Position numbers and translations under genes: made by a program. DNA of 59,732 bases, counting the filler, from Sphacelaria rigidula (Eukaryota): NCBI GenBank assembly GCA_964200075.2. It is 9 parts of 9 records of this genome, joined end to end, with 100 filler letters (N's around TTAATTAATTAA, not from the genome) between each part and the next. Parts side by side here need not be neighbours in the genome. Positions count along the whole stretch, not along the records: positions 46,538 to 53,085 come from CAXNAA020019423.1; positions 53,186 to 59,732 come from CAXNAA020019424.1; 7 more parts are not named here. The stretch is one strand, 5' to 3'. Below, in pieces: positions 47,480-59,732 of this stretch; the stretch's first letter is position 1; the number at the start of each line of letters is the position of its first letter. The notes beneath the pieces are model-generated. The model worked only from the letters and a program-made list of their open reading frames with translations, was not told the origin of the DNA and ran no database searches.

Positions 47480-49410
47480 GTCGCGATGAATCTATCCCAC
47501 AACGCTTTGCGGGATCTGACGGCTCTTCTTGTGGAGTTGAAATCGGACAGCGGAATCCTTGACCGACATTTCTTGCTGCTCAAGGAACATGTCATCAAGG
47601 GTCACCTTGTTGGTGCCTCAAGCTTAGAGGGGATGCGCATGTCGTTGCCTAGGGACGAGATCCGAAGCACGGTCGGTTCCAGCTGAATGAACGGTTCAAC
47701 TCCGATCAGGTGCCCTTGCCTTTCGTGAACAGCCAGTCGGAAACGTGGGCAACCAAGGGAGACAAGCGCATCGCAATCGCGCAGCCGTTCAGTGGGCTGG
47801 AAAAGAGGCAGTGCACGATCCAACCTACTATTGGGTCGGGTGGGAAGCTTATGCGATGCGCAACTATTTTTCGAGGGACCGGGAAGCGGATCTCGAAGGT
47901 GGAAAAGAAGGCGTATGACCCTCTCGTTGACGTTTTTTTCCAGGAAAATGCGTGGGCGGACAGCGAGCTCTGCATGGCGTGGGCGAAGAAGTGCTTCCGC
48001 GAAAGCCTTATGCAAGGGCAAGATGGGGTGCCCTCGGAGGAATCGCTACTGACTCTCGAAACCTTGTTGGGACAGACAACGGACGAGTTGAAGGCATATA
48101 TGAAGAAGGAGTGCAACTCGCTGGTGTGGTTTTACGCCGGAGGGGTGCGCGGATGCACTGCAGCCCATCGATACAGACCTTGGTGCACTCAAGCACGAGG
48201 TTGGGAAGCAACTCGACTTATGGCTTGAGGACGGGGACAATCTGGAACGGTGGGAGTGTCTCGCTGACTGCATCTGATCGACGCGTCCTGCTGACCGGGT
48301 GGGTCGCAGAAGCTGTTGGACACCGTCGATAACCGGCCCGGCTACAGATTCCGCCTGTTCGAGAAAACAGGGGCCCTGATGACGACGGACGGAACTGGTG
48401 ACGATCGAACCAAAGCGGAGGAATTGACAGAGCCTTTGGCGTTGATGTACGATGGGAGCGACGACGAGGTGGACGAGGTCGGGAAGGGCAGCGGGGGAAG
48501 GGAAAGTGGGCAAGGAGAATATGGGAAAAGTGACCAAGACATTCAAGGGGAGGTGGGAGAAGCTGGTGATGGGGGTAGAGAAGAAACGGGTGGAGCAGGG
48601 CACGTGGAGAAAAAGCAAGGAGAAGGGGACAAGGGCCAGAGTAGCGGGGACGAGGACAACGAGGACGAGGACAGCTGGGAACAAGGTAGCGGAAAACGGG
48701 ATCTTGTTTGTATTGTTTCTTCAAGTCTCGTTTGCTTCAGCGCTTGTGGGTGGTTTTCTGTGTCGATCAGTAGATACAGCACTACTGCAAGTGTTTCGTT
48801 TCGTACAGACCTGACACGAAGTCTCGTGGCTTACAGTATGACTTACAGCATACCCCTCTGGTCGTGAATATCCCAAAATTTTGGCCCTTGTACCACGAGG
48901 AATGTGTCCCCGTTTCATATTCGTTTGCGCCAACGCTCTACCTGGTACGGTATTCAGGTGTCCCTGATAACGGGAAAGATCCGCCGACTCTGCTGGACGA
49001 TGAAGACGATATGTCACCGGACGATGCGCCTATCGGGATGGTGGTCCCGGACGGGTTTCGCCTTCAACAGTCGAGACCACCTGCCCTAGATAGTCTCTTA
49101 GTGAAGCGTGGGGTATTATCAAGATTTAGCATGGAGTGGTTTGGTGGCCGGATCACTCGCAAGAGTCAGGAGCGCACCAAAGAATAATACGACTATCGTG
49201 TGAATCTTGAAGGTCAGAGCGTGCGTTGTATGAAGCTACCGTTAGCTGCATACAGCACAGAAGCAAGCGTGCCGGTGGGTTCGCGGGTCTTACTGGAGCC
49301 TACTAACAAGCAGCAGAGGTGGGGTGCGGTCGGAAGGGGCGGGCAGAACAGCCAGCGCGGTGATCCAAAAACAGGCCGAAAAAAACGGTAGTCATAAGCA
49401 GGGGAAAGTA
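47480..49410 (+). pseudogene. pogo/Tigger-like DDE transposase pseudogene with spliced C-terminal extension
   Basis: Motifs DQVPLPF, KRQCT, IFRG.G, FQENAWAD, LLTLETL (second D degenerate), LQPID and LTASDRRVLLT.W, with frameshifts. An acidic linker is followed by putative intron 48686-48957 and then a W..G.I...Y.YRV domain. Confidence 0.82.
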
Positions 49411-50081
49411 TTGACGCCCAACGTGCGTAATATAGACCATGTCGATTGAGTGGCTCTTCCGGCTACAATAGTACAGTGCTACAGCAGATTTGTAGTCGTC
49501 GGAGGTGGGCAACATGAAATTTCACCACTGCAGTCCTGGAGAGTTTCGTCACATGATGAAAATCTGGTGAAACACAATGTGCGTAATGGGTGCAATGTGC
49601 CGAACATGATTCTTGACTAGCGCTCAGGGGGGAAAATGCTGTATTGGATGTCTGTGCAAAATAAGAACTTCAAAATTAATCATCTGGCGTTTTGCACCTC
49701 TTCGAACAATAAGAATTTTGATTTGAGCCTTTCTGCAGCAATCGGAGAGGAAGTGAGACGCCGAGCCTCGCTCCAAATAAGAGATTCTAATCATCTGCCG
49801 CTATCTGTGCTCGAAGAGTTGGAATACTTTCCTGATTGTTTTTTCCGCGTCCAGATTTTTGAAAGCAGTGCGGTGGCAGCCACGCGGTCGAACGCTTCAC
49901 TTGTTGAATAATTCTTCGTCGGGACGTTTTTTAATAAAAGGAGAGGCCTATTGACTATTGACAGTTTGCAATGTCTCAGTTATCGAGAAATCGAGCCCGG
50001 AAAACACACGAGCACTGCTTGTGGACAGGGGGGTGTTTTTCACCGTTATCTGGTGAACCTTTTGAAAATACAGAAACTCAC

Positions 50082-50427
50082 CCCACGTCCGAATTATCTC
50101 ACGGCTCTTGCGCAGCCGTGGACCCCGCTTCAAGAACCCCAGCGCACAGTTCACGTGTCCATTGGGCGTCAGCCAAGATGGGTAGTACGGCCTGTCGATT
50201 ACAGCAGCTAGCGCCCGCAACATCCTCAAGTTTTGGCTCGTGCGCCTACAAGTGACCACGGGTCGTTTAGCCTGTTTCAAGACTGCCCCAACGTAGAAGA
50301 GGGCAAGCAATGAGGCTGCCACCGCCGCTTTACCGCCTCGTCGGCGCTCAAGTCTGAGAGCAGACACGCGTTTCAGGAGATAATCCAGGTATACATTGCT
50401 GCTACCCGTGGGCAGGTGCGTTGCCAT
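50082..50427 (-). CDS. First exon of ABHD1-3/YheT-like alpha/beta-hydrolase
   Basis: ATG at 50427, a hydrophobic anchor, then YYPSWLTPNGHVN..P...REIIRTW. The phase-1 G|gtgagt donor would start the expected DGG motif. Confidence 0.72.
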
Positions 50428-50746
50428 ATTTTGATGCGTGCAACCGTACTGCTGTGCTGCACTTTGGTGCGCTCGAACTGATGCTTAGGCGGACTTTGGG
50501 TGAAGTGCCCCGTACTGGTTGCCAGCTCGCAGCCTGCATATAGTGGTCCGTATCAGTCAGTTTCAGCTACGTTCTCAAGACCTGATGAATCTAGAGTAAA
50601 GCAGCCGAGTTCAGATTCGCTGGAGAGGCGCTTCTCGTTGCTCTACGGACATGCGAAGAGCATCGAAGTATAGATATTGTCACACTGCGTGTAGTCGTCA
50701 TATTTGACTTTCTAATGTGGGCAGATCCCGTTGGCTATTTGTAGAA

Positions 50747-50881
50747 TTAGTTGTGTGGAAACAACTAGTACTTGCACACGATTCTGAACAGTTAGTTGTG
50801 TGGAAACAACTAGTAGTTGCACACGATTCTTAACAGTTAGTTGTTTGGGAACAACTAGTAGTTGCACACGATTCTGCACGG
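50747..50881. repeat. 45-bp minisatellite x3
   Basis: Unit ttagttgtgtggaaacaactagta(c/g)ttgcacacgattct(g/t)aacag, repeated head-to-tail. Confidence 0.9.
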
Positions 50882-51949
50882 TTGGTTCTTTGAGAAATAA
50901 CCCACAACTATTATTATTGTAGTTATACAGGGTGTGAAAGCTTTCCGAATGCTCGGGGCGCCTACCCCGCATGACTGTGCGAAGCAGTCCGGCCGAGCCT
51001 CCGGGAAATCGGCACACGAACAACCCGCTCGATGGGTGAGTGCAGAAGAAGAGGTTTCCTCCTTCCAAGGGAAAAAATAAACATGAAGCGTGTTTTCATC
51101 CAGCACAACATATGACCCATCACCTCACTCAACCGTTCTTCTTTTTTTCCCCTGTCCATTTATTTGGTATAGGTATGGAAATTTCTCGGAAATTTATTAT
51201 TTATTTCGAACAACTCCAATGTGCGCGCGTCTCACGCAAACTACATACATGTAGTTTCTCATTGTTATTTTTCAAACATATTTATTTTGCATGTTCGCGC
51301 ATATATGCACCACGTGCTCCGCTGATGAATAGCTACGGCTCGAGCTGTGTGTTTTTGGTTTGCGGAGGCAGTCAGGATACCTCCGGTTCACCTCTTCTTC
51401 TTCTGGTGATTTTATTGGGTTGTATCAAGGCTTTGCATGTGCATGCCCCTTTCAGCGGGACATCCATGGAAATCGTGCCACCGCTTTTCATTGAGCTCTC
51501 GTCTTCCTCTCGAGGCAAGCCTGCACGCCTCGAGTGTGTTTTGATCTTGTACGTGTGTCCCGTCGTCTCAGCTGTACTTCTCCCTTTCTCTTCCCCTGTT
51601 GTATCTGTACTCACTACTAGAGCTCTACTTCTGTAGCAGCTACAGGCTGGTTCACGTTGATCACCCAAAAAACACTCATCGGCAAAACCTCACGCCGTTA
51701 TAAAGGGGTTAGACCCTGAAATTTTGCACGAATGTTCTGTGGGTAATTACGCAACATTCGAAGGTTGGGTTTTCCTTACTTTTTGACTTTTTCCACCGTT
51801 TTTCGGAGATTCCAGTTTTTATGGGGAAATCTCGACCCAATCGGACCCCCGTAAAACGGTAACAAAACAAAAAAATCGGAAAACCCCATTCATCCGAAGT
51901 TGCGTAATGACCCAAAGCACAGTTGTACAAATTTTCAGGTTCTAACTCC

Positions 51950-52640
51950 AGCTCCTTGAAACGGCGTGAGGTTTTTCGCTTTTGTGCGATGAACTTTGCC
52001 GTGCCGCGGTGAAACCGCAAACTACTTGATTTTAGTACCAAAACGGCGTTTTTGAGCCTTCTTTGACGTGAATATGGAAATTCAAGCATCAGCTCATCGA
52101 TTTTTGCGACGAAAAATTGTGGAGCCCATCCTTGGGTTATGCGGAGGCAGATAGTTCGCGAAGAAACGAAAAATATATATCGTAGTGCCGTTTTTTTGGG
52201 GTCCCAGAATGGAGACTATTTCGAAAAACGACTTCGATCCCGTCGGACCCCCGAAAAACGGTGAAACACTCAAGAAGTAAAGAAGCATCGTCCGTAGAAA
52301 GTTTCGTAATGATACATAACACATTTATGCAAAGTTTCAGGATCTAAATCCTAATGACAGTGTTAAATTTTGCGCGTTTGCGGAGGACGTGGGCTTGAAA
52401 CGTGCAACTCCTAACTGCTTGGTCTTAGTATGGAAACGTCTTTTGGGGTGAATTTGACGTCAAGGCAAGAAAAAACTGTATGAGATTTTCGATTTTCTCC
52501 ACCAAACTTTGTACATGTATTCCTTGGACTCTCCCGGGACGCATCATTTCATTATTGTTCTTTTACGGCATTCTGTACCGCCTTCCGGGGCTCTTCATGC
52601 TGGGACCCCCGGAAGCCGGTAGAGAACGGAGAAACCATTA
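51950..52640 (-). mobile_element. Dispersed non-coding DNA-element repeat (family C)
   Basis: Reverse complement of ~58950-59640; related pieces at 34140-34420 and 58350-58475. Confidence 0.7.
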
Positions 52641-53651
52641 TACATTGTCAAGAATAAAAAATACAATTTTCCATTTTGAGCATCAATACCTACGTCGCTG
52701 CCGAGTTTAAGGGCGATCTGAGCTTTTCTACAACAGATATAGGGGACACCGTCACGAGGCTCTCTGGGTCTTTCGTGCGTATCATTAGTGAGAGGGAATT
52801 AGACGAGGCCGACACCCGACATCACCGACACATCATGGTTTCGGGTATAGTTCGACCCCCGTAGTAACCGTTTTAATAATATGAGTTTCTCGTTAGATTC
52901 CCGTGTCGATGACGGTTACTACGACTTGAAGCATGTAGAGATTGGGTGAAAATTGGGCTTGGTATTCGTAATTTCGATCTCGGAACAGATTGAAGGACGC
53001 TGATTGGCTGAGACGCGTTTTCGTCCATAGCGCCAACGCTACGGCCGTAAACAAAAAACCGGCTATGTCACCCTCTTCGTCTCTTNNNNNNNNNNNNNNN
53101 NNNNNNNNNNNNNNNNNNNNNNNNNNNNNTTAATTAATTAANNNNNNNNNNNNNNNNNNNNNNNNNNNNNNNNNNNNNNNNNNNNGGATGCTCCCACTAA
53201 AACCCCCTATCAACTTGGCGCAGTACACGCGCCGCCCTGCTCCTGAAAGCTTCGATGTATGTATGTAATGTTACTCAGTGATGGGAAAAAAATCGCAACA
53301 TCTGGGGTAGCTGCAGATGAGGCAATCGCCGCAATATTCGCCTGCAAACTCTGCTCTATCTAGTGCACTGTAAGTTGATATCGCTAGAAGGACACTGCCA
53401 TCACTACCTTGCCGACTGCCAGTTTGTCAGGATGAAGGATCCGCTAGCATTCTTACTGTCTGTACGGGCATGTTGCCCCCTTGTCGGGTATGTGCGGAAG
53501 GGCCCGTGGCAAAACGCAGTGGTCGCGTCTACCAGCTGCCCGCTGGGCGTTCTCACTTTTGGGAGGATGATACTAGGTGGGCAGCAGCAACTGCTTTATG
53601 TCCAGGTGCCCCTTGGAGTAGGATGCGTTTTGTGTCTGTTTGACAAAGTTT

Positions 53652-55069
53652 CAAGGGTAGGTCTAGTAGAGTATGTACTTTTGAGTACTCGAGTATTTTA
53701 CTCGAGTATTTACTCTACTCGACGTTTGAGTAGGTCGAGTACGGCCTCAAGTACTCTACGAGTTGTGAAATTTTGAGTAGATCGTGTACGGCTTCAAATA
53801 CTCTATTCAATTTTTGAGTAAGCACTCTCAGTAATACTTGAGTAGAGATTATCACTTGAGTATGACCTCAATACTCTACTCAATTTTTGAGTAGGTCGAG
53901 TACGGCCTCAAATACTATAAACACGGGATGTTACAAATTGGGGATATATCTTTTATTGAGGATGAGAAACCCGGAGAATTAAACTCTTCGTATCCACACC
54001 AAATCTTCGAAATATCGGTCCATTTCTCCACCTACTGCTAGCTATTGACAACTGCTTTACGCCATAGAAATTTGGATTCCGATCACCGAAATGTTGGGGT
54101 CCCGGGTGAAAAACCAATTTCGGAACCATTATGGTGTCCGTTCGGACACCCCGAATTTCCCAAAAATGTTTTTCACCTAGGATCCCAACATTTCGGTGAT
54201 CGAAATCCAAATTTCTATGGCGTGTAGCAGTTGTCAATAGCTATCAGTAGATGAAGAGATGGAACCATATTTCGAAGATTTGGTGTGGATAGGAAGAATT
54301 TACTTCTCCGGGTTTCTCATTCCCAATTTGTAAGATCCCGTGTTTCTACTCAAATTTTGAGTAGGTCGAGTACGACCTCAAATACTCTACTCAATTTTTG
54401 AGTGAGCACTCTCAGTGATACTTGAGTATAGAGTATCGCTTGAGTACCTCAATACTCTACTCAAATGATCACACGGCCTCCAATACTGTACTCAATTTTT
54501 GAGTAGGCTTAGTGTGTGTGTTTGTGTGTGTTGTCGTCCCATCTGTTCTGGTCGCCGGTCGACACCTTTCGGTATATGTGGGCGCACCAGCCGGGGTCAC
54601 ACAGGGGGAAGGCCAATACATAAGTTTTTTTCTTCCTTGTTTTTAGGACTCCACCTCCTTTCTGCGGTACTTGCCTTTACTTTTTATCGCGAGAGGGGTT
54701 CGGCAGTCCCTTCCCTTGTCGACCTTTAAGTCGAATTTTGTGTACCCACGACATAGTCGCTCTCCACTGTTGGGCAATACGGCCTCACATACTCTACTCA
54801 ATTTTTGAGTACCTTGAGTACGGCCTCAAATACTCTGCTCAAATATCGAGTGAGCACTCTCAGTAGTACACGAGTATGGAGTATCACTCAAGTATGACCT
54901 CAATACTCTATTCGAATTACGAGTAGACTGAGTATGATCTCAAACACTCTACTCGAATAGTTGAGTAGGTTGAGTACGGCCTCCAATACTCTACTCAAAC
55001 TTCGAGTACTAAAAGCATGACTCTTGAAAAATCCAGAGTATTTAGTATACTCTACTCGACCTACCCTTG
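53652..55069. mobile_element. hAT-type non-autonomous element with TACTC/GAGTA arrays and nested insertions
   Basis: TIR caagggtaggtc.agtagagta / tactctactcgacctacccttg, with a perfect 8-bp TSD caaagttt (53644-53651, 55070-55077). Contains palindrome P (53919-54345) and a family-1 SINE (54512-54776). Confidence 0.88.
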
Positions 55070-55731
55070 CAAAGTTTTCCTCCCAAACCCGAAATCAATT
55101 GGGGTTTTAGAGTAGGAAAGTCTTGCAAAAATGTCGCAAAAATGGAGTCGCAAAAAACCGGTTAGTCGAATTTTCACCGGCAGCAGAAACCAATTTCACT
55201 CTGTGAAATTGGAAATGGAACGTTTGTTCGAAGTTTCACCTTTCGGCCTACGTGTCTCCGTTGAGGGGGAACACATCCCGATTCTCGAAAGTCCCCCCGC
55301 TCCAAGGGGCCCTAGACGACGCCAGGCGTCGACGAAGGACAATTGACCAATAAGATTTCCCCAGTTTTTTGTGTTCGCCAACAAGAAACTGCGTCACATT
55401 TTCGTTCTTTGAACTATTCGTAGGGAAGACGAAAGTGAGCGCCCCCGGGAGACGTCGGCGAGCGGCCCCCGACACGCGGCCCACACGTTTTAGGCTATCA
55501 CCCTTTTTCGAAGATTTTCGTGCTCGATCTCATACCTTGATGAGATCATGTCTTTCGTGTCTTTCGTGTCTAGGGGAAGAGGGTTGCCGGAGCTCCCTGT
55601 AGTCACCAACGATTACTTTCCTCCACTAACTTCCAAACTCGCACAAAAAACAGCGCTCCCGTTCGGTGAAACGAAAAAACGTAGCGTGGGGAATTGCCAC
55701 CCCAAAACTCATCAAGATTCATTTTTTTGCA

Positions 55732-56895
55732 AAGAACACGCGATCTTACAAATTGGGGATGGATCTTTTATTGGGGATTAGAAACCCGGCAGATTAAAAT
55801 CTTCCTATCCCCACCAAATCTTCGAAATATTGTTCTATTTCTTCTCTTACTGATAGCTATTGACAACTGCTACACGCCACAGAATTTTTTATTTCGATCA
55901 CCGAAACGTCGGGGTCCTAGGTGAAAAAACAATTTCGGAGCCATTTTGGCGTCGGTTCGGACACCCGGAATTCCCCAAAATTGGTTTTTCACCTAGGACC
56001 CCAACATTTCGGTGATCGAAATCCAAATTTCTTTGGCGTGTAGCAGCAGTTGTCAATAGCTATCAGTAGGTGAAAAATAGAACCATATTTCGAAGATTTG
56101 GTGTGGATACGTCGATTTTAAATTCTCCGGGTTTCTCATTCCCAATAAAAGATCCATCCCTAATAATTCGTAAGATCCCGTGTTTAAGAGCCTGGATCCG
56201 TTTTTGAGGTTCAACATTTTTATGACTTTTTTTACTCGAAAAACAGTGCTTTCCCTTACCTAAAGTCATGCCCAATGAATTTCATATGGACGACCTCATG
56301 CCCCCCGACCTCCTTAGAACTATTTCGGGGGTTGCCCGTCTTCCGTGCCCTCAAAGTGTTTACATATTATGCGAAAGCATCATCACTTAAAACGTCCCCT
56401 TTTTCGCCCCGATATCGAGGTGAAAAGGTGCTTTCGCACATACGCTTTGGGGGCACGGAAGACGGGCAACCCCCGAAATAGTTTCAAGGAGGTCGGGGGG
56501 TATGAGGTCGTCCGTATGAAATTCATTGGTCGTGACTTGAGGTAAGGGAAAGCACTGCTTTCGAGTTGAAAGTAATTAAAATGTTGAACCTCCAAAAAAA
56601 CGGATCCAGGCTCCTAAACACGGGATCTTACAAATAATTGGGGATGGATCTTTAATTGGGGATGAGAAACCCGGAGAAATAAAATCTTCGTATCCACACC
56701 AAATCTTCGAAATATGGTTATATTTTTTCACCTACTGATAGCCATTGACAACTGCTACACGCTAAATAAATTTGGATTTCGATCACCGAAATGTTGGGGT
56801 CCTAGATGAAAAACCAATTTTGGGGAATTCCGCGTGTGCGGGTTTCTCATCCCCAATAAAATATCCATCCCCAATTTGTAAGATCCCGGGTTCTT
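55732..56895. mobile_element. Composite palindromic element P-C-P
   Basis: P1 55735-56185 (itself a palindrome), central palindrome 56186-56615, and P2 56616-56892 (partly deleted). Confidence 0.85.
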
Positions 56896-57067
56896 AACGA
56901 GAGAAATATACTTTAAAACGCTTCCAAAGGGGTCGAATTATGCCCGAAACCAGGGAGCAGCGTAAAAATAAGTATGTAAATGATACTGTCGTGTGCTTAC
57001 AGCTACACATTGATACCCTACTCAGGGATATCAAGGGCTTCAGTGGCAAGAAACTGCAGAAAGCATA

Positions 57068-58167
57068 CGAGCTGGGCCGGCCATAAACCCAGCATTCTCT
57101 GTCGTCACCACAACTCTTCAAGTTTCCCAAATCAGTACGACCTGAGCATATCGCTGTGAACTGCAGACTAACCTGGTAACATAGGCACCGCCGCTGCTAG
57201 ATTGGTGCACTTTTGGCGATGATGTTATTGTACTGCATCGAGTACCGAGTACGTCCCAATTCTTCGTGCGATAGCGTGTCTGGAGACTTGCGTTTCGCAA
57301 CATGCGGTGGAATTACGATAGTAAATGCCGCCGCACAGGCACGCGAACGCACCCGATATGTGCAGGCAAAAGCAATCGAGGAGTTCTGCAACCTCTACCA
57401 TACAACTCGATGTCGCTGTCTAACAGCAGAAAACCTGCTCGACCACTCCCGAAAGGCAAGTGTAGTAGAGCGATGAGAGCTGCTGTCGTGTTGAAACGAC
57501 TGTACAGTGTTGTCCCGAAATCACAGAAGACATTTTTGCCGAGCGAAATCGCCCCTGTCTCCGCCCCGTTTCATGCTCCTACAAAAGGCATGGCCACACT
57601 CTGCGATAAGAGGTTGTTGGTCGTGCTTTATGTGAGAACTGGTCGAAGCAAAAGCGCCGTGCAACTTCTACAGCGCGTGCACGGCTGTATCGTAGGACGC
57701 GGGTACCGCAACGGATGATACGGGCATGGCACCACGCATGTGGTCATGTCAATTAAAAACAAAAACTAGTGGTCATGCCGGGATTCGAACTCATGACCTG
57801 TGTGATTTGAAGCTGTTGTATCCGTTTGACCACCGGGGTCACACAAAAAGTGCGACGCGAACCCCAATTTTACGTATTTTTGGCTGAAACTTCACAAGGA
57901 TGTGGTTGACGCAAGTGCCCGTATGTACCCGAGCGTTGTCATCGTTTAAAACATTGTTTTAGGAAGTTATATCATTTTTTCTGTTTTTGCTGAAACTTCA
58001 ATTCGCTCTAACTTCTGTTTTTTTTTTTTTCCTTCTGCACCGCTCGGAGTGTTGCGCAGATTGATGATGATGAAAATGATGTGTCAAAATTTCAGCGCCT
58101 AACTCTTCGATATGCCAAACGCATCCCCACTCTTCGTTTGAAAATCACTGATGGCCGGCCCAGCTCG
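57068..58167. mobile_element. Tc1/mariner-type non-autonomous element
   Basis: Perfect TIR cgagctgggccggccat / atggccggcccagctcg with TA on both sides. Confidence 0.82.
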
Positions 58168-58475
58168 TATCGAGCCTCATGGACGGGTATTTCGGAACTG
58201 AAACTGTTCATTCAGTAATTAACCGTTTTCACTCTTAATCGTATCCTCTACTTTTAATCTCACGAAAACGCTGTTCGATGTGAAGTTTATGCGTTATCTA
58301 CTTTCCACTCATGATACGTACGAAGGACCCAGGAGGCCTCGTGACGATTTCCCTCACATATGTTGTAGAAAAGCTCAGATCCTCCTCAAACTTGGCAGTT
58401 TCGTAGATATTGATGCTCGTGGAAAAATTGTATTCTTCGTAGGATTCAAAGTTTCTCCGTTCTCTACCACCTTAC

Positions 58476-58947
58476 CAGTATACTACATATTCTGGAACTG
58501 TCCATTTAGGCCTATTTGACCCTAAAAGTGGTATCGCGATGCTATCGCGATGGACAGAAATGTCCAGGATTGGCATCGCGATAGCATCGCGATAGAGAGG
58601 AATTTGCTGTTTTCCTATCGCTATTCTATCGCAATAGAAAAAGAGCCATTCATTCCTCTCCATCGCGATGCTATCGCGATAGCATCGTCTACGATCATCA
58701 GAGAAATCCAAATTAAGGTAAATTGTCTGGTCCTTCATATTTCCTCGTGAAAACGTTTAATGTCGCCAGTGGTCGTCGCAAAAAACTGTGTGATCCTGTG
58801 ACAGATAGTATCGCGATAAAAAAATGCACTTTCTCTCTATCGCGATAGAGAAATTTTGGGGTTTTTTTATCGCGATACTATCGCGCGATACCATCGCGAT
58901 AGGAAAATTTAGCCTAAAGGGGCTGTTCCAGAATATGTAGGGGTCCC
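58476..58947. mobile_element. MITE with ATCGCGAT arrays nested in family C
   Basis: Inverted ends ctacatattctggaac..tttaggc / gcctaaa..gttccagaatatgtag. The duplicated flank ccaccttac is single-copy (diverged) in the uninterrupted element at ~52610. Confidence 0.75.
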
Positions 58948-59732
58948 CCACCTTACGGGGGTCCCAATATAAAGACCCCCGAAAGGCGGTACAGAATCCA
59001 AAAAAATAACCGTATGATGCGGTCACGGGATACTTCAAGGAACATATATATGTGCAAAGTTTGGTCGAGAAACTCGAAAATTTCATACAGTTTTTCTCGC
59101 CTGGACTTGAAATCCCCCCCCCCCCCCCCTCAAGACATTTCGATACTAAAACCAAGTAGTTCCGAGTTTGCACGTTTTAAGGTCATATTCTCGCACAAAC
59201 GTGCAAACCTTCACGCAGTCATGAGGAGTTAGAACCTGAAACTTTGCACAAATGTACCATGGGTCATTACACAAGTTTCGATTGACAAGGTGTTTCTACT
59301 TCTTGACCTTTTTACTGCCTTTCGGGCGTCCGACGGGATCCAAGTCGTTTTTTCGAAGTCGTCTTCATTCTGGGACCCCAGAAAACCGGCACTACGATAT
59401 TTGTTTTGATTTTTTCACGAATGACCTCTCGCTCAATAAGCCAAGGAAGCACCTGTCGCTGCATAACCCATGGAAGGGCCCCACAAAGTTTCGTGACTAA
59501 GCTCGACTAACTGATACTTGAGGTTTTATGTTCACGTCAAAGAAGGCCCCAAAACGTCATTTATATACTACCATCTCGTAGTTTGCGGTCTCACCGCGGC
59601 ACGGCAAGGTTCATCGCACATACGCGAAAAACTTCACACTGCTTTTAGGAGTTAGATCTGTGGCGAAATCACGCCGTCACGGTTGAGTATATAGTGGATC
59701 CTGGATGATGACCAGGGGACAAGGGCATCCTG

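Noticed and set aside
50747..50881. CRISPR-like repeats with internal hairpin
   Set aside because: Units are contiguous with no unique spacers, there are no cas genes, and the context is eukaryotic.
50949..51035. First exon of a divergent plus-strand gene
   Set aside because: Only an ATG and a GTGAGT donor support it; there is no recognisable protein or downstream exon.

Overview
Eukaryotic, repeat-rich, intron-rich genomic DNA, most likely from a brown alga (Phaeophyceae). The inference rests on a WSC-domain gene, short exons in long introns and the Copia/LINE/MITE content. The window is not contiguous: nine unrelated contigs of 6549, 7x6548 and 6547 bp (size-sorted) are joined by 100-nt N-TTAATTAATTAA-N linkers. 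By reading splice sites and phase I reconstructed partial spliced genes for a TMEM184/OST-alpha transporter, a multi-WSC protein with a 31-Asp tail, an S1 RNA-binding protein, a PP2C phosphatase, a GT11/fucosyltransferase-like protein, a sacsin-like protein and an ABHD1-3/YheT-like hydrolase. Three of about 20 donors are best read as GC-AG. Mobile DNA includes a decayed Ty1/Copia with its 3' LTR, LINE fragments, two tRNA-derived SINE families, Tc1/mariner and pogo derivatives, a hAT MITE with an 8-bp TSD, and nested palindromic MITEs. The most notable pattern is an abundant ~565-bp non-coding retroposon that shares its 3' ~70 nt with a LINE; both insert at C-runs with 12-20 bp target-site duplications, suggesting a homopolymer-targeting LINE/SINE pair. 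All calls are by eye; no database searches were run.
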